A stretch of 64,000 bases of DNA, taken from assembly GCA_951406725.2 (NCBI GenBank), contig OX597827.1, positions 2,790,001-2,854,000 of the forward strand, read 5' to 3'. The notes beneath the pieces were generated by a model. It saw only the letters and a program-made list of their open reading frames with translations, was not told the DNA's origin and ran no database searches. Positions 25,473-39,349 of this stretch are shown piece after piece; the stretch's first letter is position 1; each line of letters opens with the position of its first letter. Made by a program: the position numbers and the translations under genes. Origin of the DNA: Octopus vulgaris. Lineage: Eukaryota.

Positions 25473-25495
25473 AATTATATATATATATATATATA

Positions 25496-25908
25496 GGTGC
25501 AGGAGTGGCTGTGTGGTAAGTAGCTTGTTTACCAACCACATGGTTCCAGGTTCAGTCCTACTGCATGGCACCTTGGGTAAGTGTCTTCTACTATAGCCAC
25601 AGGCTGACCAAAGCCTTGTGAGTGGATTTTGTAGACGGAAACTGAAAGAAGCCCGTCGTATATATGTATATATATATATGTGTGTGTGTATGTGTGTCTG
25701 TGTTTGTTCCCCTAGCATTGCTTGACAACCGATGCTGGTGTGTTTACGTCCCCGTAACTTAGCGGTTCGGCAAAAGAGACCGATAGAATAAGTACTGGGC
25801 TTACAAAGAATAAGTCCCAGGGTCGAGTTGCTCGGTTAAAGGCGGTGCACCAGCATAGCCGCAGTCAAAATGACTGAAACAAGTAAAAAGAGAAAAAAAA
25901 AAAAAGAG
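25496..25908 (+). mobile_element. SINE family B, full length
   Basis: ggtgcaggagtggctgtgtggtaag...ggcaccttgggtaagtgtctt...actgaaacaagtaaaaagag. Confidence 0.9.
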
Positions 25909-25915
25909 ATATATA

Positions 25916-26846
25916 CAAGGTCTGATCAAAAAGTATTGGAACTGTTGCTATGGTAACAGAATTAAAGTCTACAGAGTGAAGTCACTTGGCACAAATTGAC
26001 CCAGAACTCTGAGGCACATGTACAAAGTTATAAAGTTCAAGCTCATTCCCATTGTTTATGGGAGTGCTTGGAAGTCAAATGTGTAGAGTGTAGTCATTTC
26101 AAAAAGAAAGATCACCTTGATCATGTCGAAGAAAAGGAAAACATTTTGAAAATGGTTATAATGAATCATGGGTCTGTGGCTATAATCCTGAAACCCAGGC
26201 TCAGTTTCTGTAGAGGAAAAACCCCAACAAGATTTCAAGATAGGCGGCGAACTGACAGAAACGTTAGCACGCCGGGTGAAATGCATAGCCGTATTTCGTC
26301 TGCCGCTACGTTCTGAGTTCAAATTCCGCCGAGGTCGACTTTGCCTTTCATCCTTTCAGAGTCAATTAAATAAGTACCAGTTACACACTGGGGTTGATAT
26401 AATCGACTTAATCCATTTGTCTGTCCTTGTTTGTCCCCTCTGTGGGTAGTAAAGAAATAGGTATTTCATCTGCCGCTACATTCTGAGTTCAAATTCCGCC
26501 GAGGTCGATTTTTGCCTTTCATCCTTTCGGAGTTGATTAAATAAGTACCACTGGGGTTGATATTATCAACTTAATCCATTTGTCTGTCCTTGTTTGTCCC
26601 CTCTGTGTGTAGCCCCTTGTGGGTAGTAAAGAAATGAGAGTTTGAGTAAATCCAAGAGAATACGATGAGGCAGCTGCTTGCATCACAAAAAAAAAGGGGT
26701 TTCAGAAACACTTCAATCCATAGAAACAACACAGGATAAAGTGTGTGGCCCCAGAAAGGGACTCAAAGGTGATTAAATACTAGATTGATATGTTTTGTAG
26801 TTTTCTTTTTATAGCACCAGTCCTGATACTTTTTGATCAGAGCTCA
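25916..26846 (+). mobile_element. Internally deleted mariner-like element with nested SINE A dimer
   Basis: TA-flanked TIRs (caaggtctgatcaaaaagtattggaactg / cagtcctgatactttttgatcagagctca); 3' part resembles a decayed mariner C-terminus (IQENTMRQLLA...IKCVAP...GD*). Confidence 0.75.
26243..26636 (+). mobile_element. Dimeric SINE family A
   Basis: Same monomer junction (aaagaaataggtatttc) as 20678-21094. Confidence 0.9.
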
Positions 26847-27330
26847 TATTTACAGACAACATGAAACTTACACATACTAAGACACAGAAACGCATGTAGT
26901 AGTATAATACATATATAAACTCAAATAAATATACACATAGATATACATGTATCCGTGTAGGGAGTTCAACAAGCATATACAATTACTCTTGTGCACAAAT
27001 GTGTGAGCCATGGCTCATGGTAAAGAAGGGCAATTTATATACCCCCATTGATTGATAATTGGCTTTGGTTTGTTTATATTCCCAGAACGTAGTGGTTTGG
27101 CAAAAGAGACTGATAGAAGAGGTACTAGACTTTAAAAATAAGTACTAAATTTGATTTAACTAAAACCCTTCAAGACAATGCCCCAGTATGGCCACAGTTG
27201 ACTGACTGAAACAAGTAATAGATAAAAGATATACTCATGCATACACTGCATACACAAGCATGTGCACACACGTATGCATATGCACACACACTGATACACA
27301 TACGCACATGCACACACAGACACACATATA

Positions 27331-27546
27331 CAAGGGGGTGCTAGAAAGTTCCTGGCATTAAGGGTGTCACAAAAGGCCTGGTTGGGGGCTCAACATTTTG
27401 AGTTCTTTTACAGGGTTCAGAAAAACTGAAGGCCTGCTGCAATAAGTGTGAATCTGAGAGGGGAATATGTTGAATAAAATCATAATTAACTGATCTTCTT
27501 GTATTTTCTTTTACTCAAAGCCAGGAACTTTCCAGTACTCTCTCAT
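27331..27546 (+). mobile_element. Mariner-derived MITE
   Basis: TIR cores gaaagttcctggc / gccaggaactttc; interior retains a mariner C-terminus remnant (EKLK..CNKC..LRGEYVE*). Confidence 0.75.
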
Positions 27547-28514
27547 TAATATACACAAACATGTACAGAAGTGAAACACTTCCCACATTCATGAACTTAA
27601 GTGGAAAGCATTGTCCACAACACAGGTGCTTTTACACATGCACACACATGACCAAAATATACGCATAAAAGAGAGTATGCACACACACACACACACACAC
27701 GCATGCATACATAAATACATATATGCAAGCAAAACTACACATAAACCTGAAAGTATCATGTACAGTACATAACTTATATGAACATAAATACACACATACA
27801 CATACAAACATGTGTATGCATTTGCTTCTATCCAAAATGTTGGCTGCTGAAGCAGGTGCTTCAGCAGGCATGGAAACTTTTAGTTTCAGCTAATTGGTTA
27901 CTGCTGACTTAATTAAATTATCTATACTTTACTTCCTGCATTGAGTGCTTTTTCTCTTACTCATTATCACTAATGTTTTGCATGCATGCCATGCATGTGT
28001 GCACATGCACACACAAACATATATGTTAGATATTGTTCAAACACAAGGATATATATATATATAGATAGATAGATATATAGATATATATATATAGATAGAT
28101 ATCTATATATATATAGATAGATAGATATATAGATATATATATATATATATATATATATGAACACGTTTAATCCACACACGTCAATATGCATATGCTTCCA
28201 CATATACACAAATAATAATTAGGCTCATATATTTTTATATACAAATGCAGGCTACACTGCACCATCAAAAGAAATCAAGGCAAATGTAATGTACACACAC
28301 ACTCTATCTCTCTCTCTCTCTCTCTCACTAAATTGACACACACAAAACCTAATGGGATTGTGTGTGTGTGTGTATCTCCATTCAGGTTTGGCAATGAGTA
28401 TTCAGTTGTTTGATTCACTGAACTGTCTACTGAATTAACAAAACAGGTAGCTGAGTATTCCACAGCTACTTGGAAAGTAAGGATGTGCTAACTGGTGTAG
28501 TGTGTAAATATTCT

Positions 28515-28873
28515 GTCTTTTACTTGTTTCAGTCATTAGACTATGGCCATACAGGAGCACTGCTTTGAGGAATTTTTAATCAAATGAATCAACCCCAATA
28601 TTTAATATTTTTTAAAGCTTTATACTTATTTTATTGTTTCTTTTGCCAAACCACAAAGTTATTGGAATGGAAACACACCAACGCCAGTGGTGGTGGTGGA
28701 CAAACACAGACACACATATATACATACATATATATATATATATACATACATACATACATATATATATATATGTATATAATGTATGTATATATTTGCAAAA
28801 CATGTATGTATGTATGTATGTATATATATATATATATGTATACATATGTAAATATACATACATAGACATATAT

Positions 28874-28929
<56 letters not shown>

Positions 28930-29052
28930 TAAGCTTTTTCAGTTTCCATTTACCAAATCCACTCACAAGGCTTTTGGTCAGCCCGAAGTTATAGTAGAAG
29001 ACACTTGCCCAAGTTTCCAAGCAGTGGGACTGAACTCAGGACCATGTGTTTG
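28515..29052 (-). mobile_element. SINE family B with expanded internal microsatellite
   Basis: Tail and head halves separated by ~220 bp of (TA/CA)n. Confidence 0.8.
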
Positions 29053-29314
29053 CTAGTGATTCCTGCTCTTGCTAGATGACACCTTTACACCACTCACCAC
29101 TCACCACTCAATTGACAATCCTCCGACCCACGAGTCTGTTTGGGTAGTTGTCAATAGTGCCGGTTTGATGAAGCTGGAGTCCAAATCTTACCTCAACCCT
29201 TTTTCTGTTGCCTTTTATGACATACAAAAAAAACATTGAGTCTATTCTCTGACATATTGGCCCTCACTGAGAACACAACCAGGTGATGGATTAAATCCAC
29301 CTGGCTCAATGTTT

Positions 29315-29550
29315 ATCATCATCATCATCGTTTAGCGTCCGCTTTCCATGCTAGCATGGGTTGGACGGTTCAACTGGGGTATGTGAAGCCAGAAGGCTGT
29401 GAAGCCAGAAGGCCCAGTCTGATCTGGCAGTGTTTCTACGGCTGGATGCCCTTCCTAACGCCAACCACTCCGTGAGTGTAGTGGGTGCTTTTTACGTGCC
29501 ACTCGCACAGGTGCCAGACGGAGCTGGCAAACGGCCACGGACGGATGGTG
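29315..29550 (-). mobile_element. SINE-like family C, CpG-rich (apparently young) copy
   Basis: catcatcatcgtttagcgtccgctttccatgctagcatgggttggacgg...ggctggatgcccttcctaacgccaacc. Confidence 0.8.
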
Positions 29551-30574
29551 CTTAATCAGCTCCTCCCACAGAATTTCATAGTCTTTATTTACACAATTCT
29601 GCTCATTGGTCAATCTAAGACAAAGGCGGGAAAAGACCATGTGGTAAGATCAAATCTGAAATGATGTGGTTTCCAAGTAAACATCTTAATGCAGGCATGG
29701 CTGCGTGGTTAAGAAGCTTGCTTTGCGATCATATTATTTGTGGTTCAGTCTCACAGCATGGCACCTTGAGCAAGTTTCTTCTACTACAGCCCCTTGCTCA
29801 CTAATGCCTTGTGTGTGAATTTAGTACACTGAAACTAATCAGAAGCTCATTATATCCACATGCATATGAGTGTATGTATATATATGTGCATGTGTGTGTG
29901 TGTGGCATTACATCGCTCATGATGATAAAGGTTCCATTTAATCCTGTCAATGGAACAGCCTGAAATTAATGAGCAAGTGTCTGAGCGCTTCACAGACACA
30001 TCTACCCTTTTCACCCCCTCCACTTGGCAACTGGTGTTGGTGTGTTTATATCCCTATAACTTTGCAGTTTGGCAAAAGTGACCAATAAAATAAGTATCAG
30101 GTTTAAAAACAGAAGTACTGGGGTTGATTTGTTCGACTACTAAACCTTCCAAAGCAGTGCCCCAGCATGGTCGTTGGCTAACGACTAAAAGAAGTAAAAG
30201 GTAGAAAATATAAACATTGCCTGCACTCATTGTGATTTGTAGCCAATCCAATTAATTTTTTCTTATGCCATAGATATTATGTAATTCCTTTTCTTTTGAT
30301 GAAAGTTTACTCAATCAGGGCAAGCCTGGGGCTAAACAACATTAGCATAAGATGTGAATAACAATTTGTTACTAAAGTGCATTCCATACATTTGTTTTGG
30401 TTTTTGTGTGGAGAGAAGCAAAATGAGGTTAAGTAATGTTCATGTTTTTTCTCAAGAATATTATTATTGTGAAATAAATAACTTAGCAACAAAACATTGA
30501 AACTAGATTAGGTTAGCGCTTGGTTCACGTAGAACTTGACTTTAAATCTATATCAATACAATATTATAGACTGC

Positions 30575-30606
<32 letters not shown>

Positions 30607-31514
30607 CTCATTCAATCAATCAATGCAACTATTACTTTCCTGCTGTTAGATAAAGGCCCACTATGTATTTCTTCATAAGATTTGATTTTGAATTTCTGAC
30701 CACCAAATTTTTTATCAAATCTAAACAATTCAATAAGTTACAAATTTGACAATGTTGTCTAGTTTTGTTTGTTTTTCAAGTTAATTTCATTGTCTCTGTG
30801 GTTTGTCTATGCTATTTCAAGTATATACATTTCTTACACAGACTGAAAAACCTTATAATTAGAAAGGAGGGAACATGAGATTCTGTGATGCTCATGCATT
30901 ATTCTTACCATGACTTTGAGAAGCACTTCTAAAATAAGTCGAAATGTAAGCTACTATAAATCGGCACAAACTTTCTGACAACCCAATAGTTCCTAAAAAT
31001 ATTATAGAAATACAACAGGAGTTTTTTAAATATTAAATGGCTATGAAGGTCCAGTAGATCAAAATAGGCATCAGAGGGGTCCATAGGTAAAAAAGGTTGA
31101 GAATTTCTGATTAGATGACTTCTCTATCTCTTACATACAACAGCCCAATCTCCCACAGGTCACACTCAACTGTTACAGTAAAAGGAAAGATGCTTTGGAT
31201 TAGCTGTGCAGTTAAGAATTTTCATTCCCAACCATATGGTCCCAAGTTCTGTTCCACTGCATGGTGCCTTGAGCAAGTGTCTTCTACACAAGCATCAATC
31301 TGACCACAACCTTCTGAGTGCATGTGGTTGATAGAAACTGAAGGAAGCATGTTGTGTGTGTGTGTATATGAGTTTAAACTACATCCAGGAATGGAACACT
31401 GGTAGAGGAGTTCCAGGATTTTGAGAAGTGTGGAACCACCTCTTATCCACTATTGTTCCCAGATCTACTCCAATTCAGAGTAATTCCACCTGCTAGGGTC
31501 CTAGCTGTGGGTCA

Positions 31515-31740
31515 ACTAGCTAGCAGAAACGTTAGCACACCGGGCGAAATGCGTAAGCGTATTTCGTCTGCCATTGCGTTCTGAGTTCAAATTCCGCCAA
31601 GGTCGACTTTGCCTTTCATCCTTTTGGGGTCGATAAATTAAGAACCAGTTATGCACTGGGGTCGATGTAATGGACTTAATCCGTTTGTCTGTCCTTGTTT
31701 GTCCCCTCTGTGTTTGGCCCCTTGTGGGTAGTAAAGAAAT
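31515..31740 (+). mobile_element. SINE family A
   Basis: Matches 22533-22760. Confidence 0.9.
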
Positions 31741-32029
31741 ATGTGAACTACTGAGAGTGAAGGGCTCTTTGTTCTCATAAGAACTTCCTTCAAGGAGAAG
31801 GTATAAAAAACTTGATGTGCTGTTGATTTCTGGTCATCTCAATCTCTGTTGTGCCACTGGTGTTATGGCTGATTGCCCTGAAGAGTGGGTTCAGTACTGT
31901 GCAACTCTTTACCTACTCAAAGCAAATTCATTCACTTGTATTACTTTGACTCTTGGAACATTTGCATGGACTTACTGACTTTAGAAACTGGTCTTACTCA
32001 ATCACAAATTGACTTCCACCAAGTATATC

Positions 32030-32420
32030 TTTATCTTTTACTTGTTTCAGCCATTAGACTGTGGCCATGCTGGAAGCACCACCTTGAAGAATTATTTTGT
32101 TGAATGAGTCAACCCCAGCACTTATTTCTTTTTGTTTAAGGCTGGTACTCATTCTGTCAGTCTCTTTTACCAAACCACTAAATTAAGATGTCAACAAACC
32201 AACACTGGTTGTCAAATGATGGTGGTGGGGACAAAACACACACACACACACACGCATGCGCATGCATATGATGGGCTTCTTTCAGTTGTGGTCTATCAAA
32301 TCCTTTCAGGAAGCTCTGGTCAATCTTTAGTACAAGACATTTGTTCAAAGTGCCATGCTGTGGAACTGAACCCAAAGCCATGTGGTTCAGAAGCAAACTT
32401 CATACTATACAGCTATGCCC
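32030..32420 (-). mobile_element. SINE family B, decayed
   Basis: cttttacttgtttcagcc...ggaactgaacccaaagccatgtgg. Confidence 0.8.
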
Positions 32421-33074
32421 ACACATATGCATGCATGCACATACGTGCACACACACACACACATCATATTTATTGTTTAACATTTGTCTATCACGGGTTG
32501 TATGGTTAAACAGGAGCTGGCAAGCCAGAGGACTGTACCAAGCTCCACTGTCTGTTTTGGCATGGTTTTTACATTTGGATACCCCTCCTAATTCCAACCA
32601 TGTTACAGAGTGGACTAGTTGCTTTCCACATGGTGACAGCACTAGCAAGGTCTGTTTTGGCATGGTTTTTACGGCTGGATGCCCTTCTTAATGCCAACCA
32701 CTTTACAAAGTGGACCAGGCGCCTTTTATATGGCACCAGCATCAGTAAGACCAGCACCCCATGTGTATGTGCATTAGTGTCTCCTTGATACCACTTGAGA
32801 GCTGTAAATGAGTGCCACCATCATATAAGGGGTGTCATTCATTTCCAAACTTCTGTGAAAAGTTGTCCCACTCATAGCAAAATATTACTTTACTGGAAAA
32901 CAGGTGAGGGTTAGTGATATGAAGGGCATCTGGACATAGGAAATCTGCTTCAGTGAATCCTATCCATACCATGCAGGCATAGAAAAAGGGACATTAAAAT
33001 GATAATGAATGAAAGTAAGATAATGTTGGCATAGAGATGAACAAAGAAACAACTGCTGTTTTAAAAAGATATAG

Positions 33075-33114
<40 letters not shown>

Positions 33115-33580
33115 TCTCAGAGTCCAAAAAAGACAATTCTGCAATTTCTTGCTGAAATTTGTTTTTATTGAGTAAATGTATGTGCTGTACATTTGCTCAC
33201 TCCATTAAATCAACATTTCCTGAATTGGTGCACTGAGTATTACCAATTAAAGTCTTTGCAGAACAACATGAGATAAAGTGTTTTGCTCAAAAACACAACA
33301 CACCACCTGGTCCAGAAGTTGAAACCATGATCTCTCACTCATGAGTGCAACAATTTAACCACTAGGCTGCATGCTCTCACGATATACTGCAAATGTCCAT
33401 GAATATTACATATCTTGATTTTAAGGCCTAAATCTTGTTTTAAAAAAAATCTATACTCAGTATTCATACAATAAGTCAATAATCCACTGCAATCCAATGT
33501 ATTAGTTTTTAATATCTCATTTTATATATAAAATATATTGATATATAATGAAAAATTATCTAAAAAATGATAAAGTATAG

Positions 33581-33713
33581 TACCATATTTTTCTTATTAA
33601 ATGTGGGTGGGAAAAAAATTTGTAGCCTAATGCTATGTATTATGTGCACCCTTGATTTTAATATTGATTTTTGTGAAAATAAGTGTACATATCACATTTG
33701 GAGCTTTATGGTA
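33581..33713. mobile_element. Possible pogo-like MITE remnant
   Basis: Ends taccata... / ...tatggta; interior decayed. Confidence 0.35.
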
Positions 33714-33971
33714 TCATTATTGATTTTTCTCACATGGTTACTATGTGACAAATTGGTAGAGTCACAGGGTGAAGGGACTGGAGGAGAGATGTAAGTGTGG
33801 TTGTGTAGTTAAGAAGCTTCCTTCTCAATCATGTGGTCTTGGGTTCAGCCCCACTGCACAGCACTTTGGTCAAGTGTCTTTTGATATAGCACCAGGCTGA
33901 CCAAAGCCTTGTTAGTGAATCGGAAAGAAGCCTGTTGGATCTATCTACCTGTCTGTCTGTCTACTTATGCA

Positions 33972-34580
33972 CAGGTGTTCTTGTGTGGTAAGAGTCTTGC
34001 TTCTTAGGTGGCGCGCTGGCAGAAATGTCAGCACGCCAGGCGAAATGCTTAGCGGTATTTCATCTGCTGTTACGTTCTGAGTTCAAATTCCGCCAAGGTT
34101 GACTTTTCCTTTCATCCTTTCAGGGTCGATAAATTAAGTACCAGTTACCCACTGGGGTCAATGTAATCGATTTAATTCCTTTGTCTATCCTTGTTTGTCC
34201 CCTCTATGTTTAGCCCCTTGTGGGCAATAAAAAAATAAGAGTCTTGCTTCCCAACCACATAGCTCTGGGTTCAGTCTTACTGTGTGGCCACCTTGAGCAG
34301 GTGTCTTCTCCTATAGCCTCAAGCTGACCAAAGCCTTGAGTGGATTTGGTAGATGGAAACTAAAAGAAGCCCATCATGTGTGTGCGTGTGTGTCTTTGTG
34401 TCAGTGTTTGCTCCCTGCCACCACTTGACAACTGGTGTTGATGTGTTTACATCACAGTAGCTTAGCAGTTCAGCAAAGAAATCAGTAAAGACCAAGCTTA
34501 AAGTCATTTGACTAAAAATATTCTTCAAGGTGATGCTGCAGCATGGGCGCAGTCTAATGACTGAAACAAGAGAAAGATTA
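33972..34580 (+). mobile_element. SINE B interrupted by SINE A (34007-34235) with 15-bp TSD
   Basis: TSD TAAGAGTCTTGCTTC at 33989-34003 and 34236-34250; the B sequence resumes ccaaccacat. Confidence 0.9.
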
Positions 34581-34759
34581 AGATACATATGTATGTATGT
34601 GTGTATACATGAGTGTGTGTATGTGTGTTTACATTTGTCTTGATATGATGTGATGGTTGTATATGAGCATCACCAACCTATAAGTAATGATCGTTTTTAG
34701 TCTTTTGTGAAAAACATGTCAGACCATGAACAAATATTACCATGATTGGAAACATATAT

Positions 34760-34992
34760 ATTTCTTTACTACCCACAAGGGGCTAAAGACAGAGGGGACA
34801 AACAAGGACAGACGAAGGGATTAAGTCGATTAGATCAACCCCAGTGCGTAACTGGTACTTAATTTATCGACCCCCGAAAGGATGAAAGGCAAAGTCGACC
34901 TCAGCGGAATTTGAACTCAGAACATAACGGCAGACGAAATACAGCTACACATTTCGCTCAGTGTGCTAATGTTTCTGCCAGCTCGTCGCCTT
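34760..34992 (-). mobile_element. SINE family A inserted in a family-C-like element
   Basis: TSD ATGATTGGAAA(C/T)ATATA at 34742-34758 and 34993-35009. Confidence 0.9.
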
Positions 34993-35204
34993 ATGATTGG
35001 AAATATATAAGAGTTGGTGACAGGAAAAGCATCCGGTTGTATAAAATCTGCCTCCATATATTCCATCTGACCAATGCAAGCATGGAAAACTAGACATGAA
35101 ATGATGACAATGAATAGTAAAGCCAATTAACTGATTGAATTCCAATTACTAAGATCGTTGTGTTGTGGCAACCGGAGAAGCCCATATGAGGGTCAACCAG
35201 CTTG

Positions 35205-35580
35205 TTTTACTCTTTGACTTTTTCAGTTATTAGACTGTGGCCATGCTGGGGCATCACCTTGAGGAATTTTAGTCAAAATAATTGATCCCCATACTTATAT
35301 TTTTAAGCTTGGTACTTTTCCTATCAGTCCCTTTTGCCGAAATGCTAAGCTATGAGGAAGTAAACATGCCAACACTGGTTGTCAAGCAGTGGTGGGACAC
35401 ACACACACATATGTGCATCAGGCTTTCACACAGTTTCTGCCTACCATATTCACTCACAAGACATTGGTCGGCTCAAGGCTGTGGTAGAAGACACTTACTC
35501 AAGGTACCACACAGTGGGATAAAACCCAGAACTACACAGATACAAGGCAAGAATCTTAACTACACAACCATGCCTGTGCC
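35205..35580 (-). mobile_element. SINE family B, decayed
   Basis: Similarity to 334-751. Confidence 0.8.
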
Positions 35581-35946
35581 TTTTCTTTCTCTCTCTCTCT
35601 CTCATTTTGCTCTTATTTTACAACACCAAGAAAAAATAAAAACACCACCCCATGTAGGATTTGAAAACACAACCTCGTGATTCACAGTTAAATTACTGAC
35701 AGGTATCACTTAAATCTTGTACTTTAGTCTTAGCTCTCTCCACTGCACCAATAGCTAAGCTATCATAATTACCAAAAGCTGTCTGTCGAAAGAACTGATT
35801 GTCTACACAGAAGCAGTTCCATGCATTTCACTGACTGAGTGATTTCTCTGTGGGGCAGTGGTGTAGAATAATGCTGTGAAAAATAGTTCTTAGCAGATAA
35901 TTGGGAAACAGGTGGGTGGTTGAGTGCACCGCTGTCGACACGTGCA

Positions 35947-35988
<42 letters not shown>

Positions 35989-36584
35989 CTTGTGAGGTTG
36001 TGAATGAAGTGGTGTATAGCTTTCAGCGTTGTTATATCGTGTTAGTTTAGGTGACAATATGTATGTGTGTAGGTATATATGTGTGAGTGTATATGTATGT
36101 GTGTGTGTATATGTATATGTGTATGTATGTATGCGTGTATATAGGGTGTGTATGTACATAAATATTAGTGTGTACATGTATTTATGTATATATATATGTG
36201 TATGTATGTGTATATATAGTTCAAATTTACAGAAAGCAAGAGGAAGACAGGTGTAGGAACAGCAGGTGTATTTTTCATATATACATACATATATATATAT
36301 ATACATATGCTGTATGTATATTGTGTGTGTGCTATGTGTATAAATATACGCACTTTTTTCTGTCTGTATATTTATCTGTGTGTGTTTGTATTTGTGAGTG
36401 TCAATATTTATTACTTGAAATTTTATGAATATATGAAATATATACATACATATATGCTCTCTATGTGTACGTGATTGACCTATATACATCCGTAAACATA
36501 CACCTATGCCATTGTACTGCTGTGCCTGAAAGTGTATATATTTATGAATGAGTGTGTAAATTGTGTTATATACATAAATATTCT

Positions 36585-36770
36585 TTCCTACTCTAGGCAA
36601 AAGGCCTGAAATTTTGGGGGAGGGGTCCAGTCTATTAGATTGACCTTAGTATGCAACTGGTACTTAATTTATCGACCCCAAAAGGATGAAAGGCAAAGTT
36701 GACTTCGGTGGAATTTGAACTTAGAACGTAAACATAAATGAAATAACGTTTCTGCCAGTGCGCCATCTTT
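36585..36770 (-). mobile_element. SINE A2
   Basis: aggcctgaaatttt...actggtacttaatttatcgacc...ggatgaaaggcaaag...aatttgaac. Confidence 0.8.
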
Positions 36771-36928
36771 ATATACATAAATATTACTTCTTCAGATCAA
36801 ACCAAAGAAAAGTGTATATATTGCCAAATGGAACAAAATAAGGAGAACTTTGCTATTGGGAAAAGATATGAGAAACGAAAATTGTGTGTGAGTGTGTGTG
36901 TGTGTATGCATATACATTTAGATACGTA

Positions 36929-36971
<43 letters not shown>

Positions 36972-37631
36972 ATGTGTGTGTATAAATATGTATCTACATT
37001 TATATATGTATGTGTGTGTATGTATATATATATATATGTATGCATGTGCATGTGTGTGTGTATATGTATATATATATGCGTGTGTGTGTATATATATATA
37101 TATATATATCTAGTTGTGCTGGTTTTAGCTGTCTATATGAACATGTTCAAACCACTTAGAACAAAACGTATCTCAAAAGTGTTGCATCTTATCATCATCA
37201 TCAATATTTTTTGTTCATTTAACCGTGATGTGACGAAGCTTGATCGGTTTTCTGAGGTAGAGTCTTGCAGCTGGATGCTTGCGAATCCTCTTACAAACTC
37301 CTTATACACCCCTTACAATATACAGCGGGGTAATTCGAAACATTGATATGTGGGATATACACTCACTCACTCACTCACAAATGTTTATATCCATTATTAA
37401 AGTCAATGAAGCCAGCAAAATTAATTTTTATTGGGTCAAACTCCTTGTTTTAATGCATCAATATTGGTACTAAAACCGAACACAATTTTTTGTTGTCGAA
37501 TATTTTTTTATGACATTTAATACATCATCTCTCTATGCACACACATGCACACACGCACACACATGTGCATGCACACATGCACATACATGTACACACATAC
37601 ACGCATGCACACAAACACACACACACACATA

Positions 37632-38010
37632 CCTTGTTTCAGTCATTGGATAGTGGCCATGCTGGGGCACTAACTTTAAGGGTTTAGTTGAATGAATCAA
37701 ACTCAGTACTTATTTGTTTTAAGACTGCTGCTTATTCTATGGGTCTCTTTTTACCAAACTACTATATTCTGGAGACATAAACAAACCAACATCGGTTGTC
37801 AAGTGGTAGCGGGCAGAACAGACGCTGATGTACACGCATACATATATGGATATCTACAATGGACTTCTTTCAGTTTCTGCCTGACAAATCCATTCACAAG
37901 GGCTTGATTAGTCTGGGTCTATAGTGGAAGACACCAGCAAATGGTGCCACACAGTGGAACTGAACTGAGAGCCATGTAGTTGGAAAGCAAACTTCTCACC
38001 ACAATGCCAT
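37632..38010 (-). mobile_element. SINE family B, decayed
   Basis: ttgtttcagtcatt...ggaactgaactgagagccatg. Confidence 0.75.
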
Positions 38011-38259
38011 ATCAATGATCTATTTTCTTTACAACAAAAGAGTAAAGGAGTACTCAATACAAGATGCAGAGTATATAATTTGTTTAATGAAAACTTTTTT
38101 GTCTTAGAACTTAGATTTGCAGTGGCATAAAGCTAGAATCACAAGGCAAAAAATGATCAAGAAAAAAGCATGCATGCATATATGTGTGTGTCTGTATATA
38201 TTCATATATATATATATATACATACATACACACACGCACACATATATAGATGGTTGTTT

Positions 38260-38459
38260 GTTATGGCCAGTTAGAGTGTGACACTGGTTTCACATCTATA
38301 AAGTATTTAGCTGTATAGGTAACTCCTCTGACTCAAATGGCTGAGGGCATGTAACCTCTCTACAACCAGTTGTATGCCTCTGGCCATTTGAGCCTGATGA
38401 CTCACTGCTGAGCATTTTATAGGTGTGAAACCACTGGTCACTCTGTGACCAGTCACAAC
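38260..38459. repeat. ~200-bp imperfect palindrome (fold-back, MITE-like)
   Basis: ggtttcacatctataaagtatttagc / gctgagcattttataggtgtgaaacc and ctcaaatggctgagggcat / atgcctctggccatttgag. Confidence 0.8.
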
Positions 38460-38569
38460 ATAAAAAAAACCTAAATATGCTACTATTCCGATGTTTTAAA
38501 GTGTGCTTTTGTTTTGGTTATATAAACTACTGAACAATTTATATCTAATTATCGATCTGTGTGTGTATT

Positions 38570-38605
<36 letters not shown>

Positions 38606-38629
38606 TGTATGTATATACTTATGTGTGTG

Positions 38630-38671
<42 letters not shown>

Positions 38672-38798
38672 TATATATGTATATACGTATGTGTGTGTTC
38701 ATATATATATATATATATATATATACTTACATATATATACACACATATATATACACATATATATATATACACACACATATATATATATACATATATAT

Positions 38799-38875
<77 letters not shown>

Positions 38876-39349
38876 GAGAGAGAGGGGGAGGGAGCCTTCG
38901 ACTTCTTTCCCATTGAAGTGTGTTTTTAACTGAATATTCTGTAAGCTATTATTTATAGATGTATCTACTTCAAGTTCCACAATTCTAAAACTAATTTACT
39001 TCAATTCTACCAAAGTTCCTAATTTCTTATAATGTAAATGTCTTATAACTCACACTGGTAAGAATGAAGCTTCTAAAATGGGTGCAGAATTGAAGTGTTT
39101 CTTTGGTATAATGGTTAGCAGCTCTGTTATGTTTGCAGAAGACATGGTTTCAAATCAAGGCAATGTTTGACTACTATTTTCCACATAAAATGCTTTTTAA
39201 ACCCAGTATTCTGCACACTGTCATTTATAGCTTTATTTACTTCAAGCATCAAAGGAATATGTAAAAACATATAAATTCATATATATATGTATGCATGTGA
39301 GTGTGTGTGTGTGTGTGAAGAGGGGTATGTGCGTGCTTTTATGCATTTT

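Noticed and set aside
38394-38432. CTGATGA...GAAAC as a hammerhead
   Set aside because: GAAA does not follow the CTCA/TGAG stem, and both motifs belong to the large palindrome
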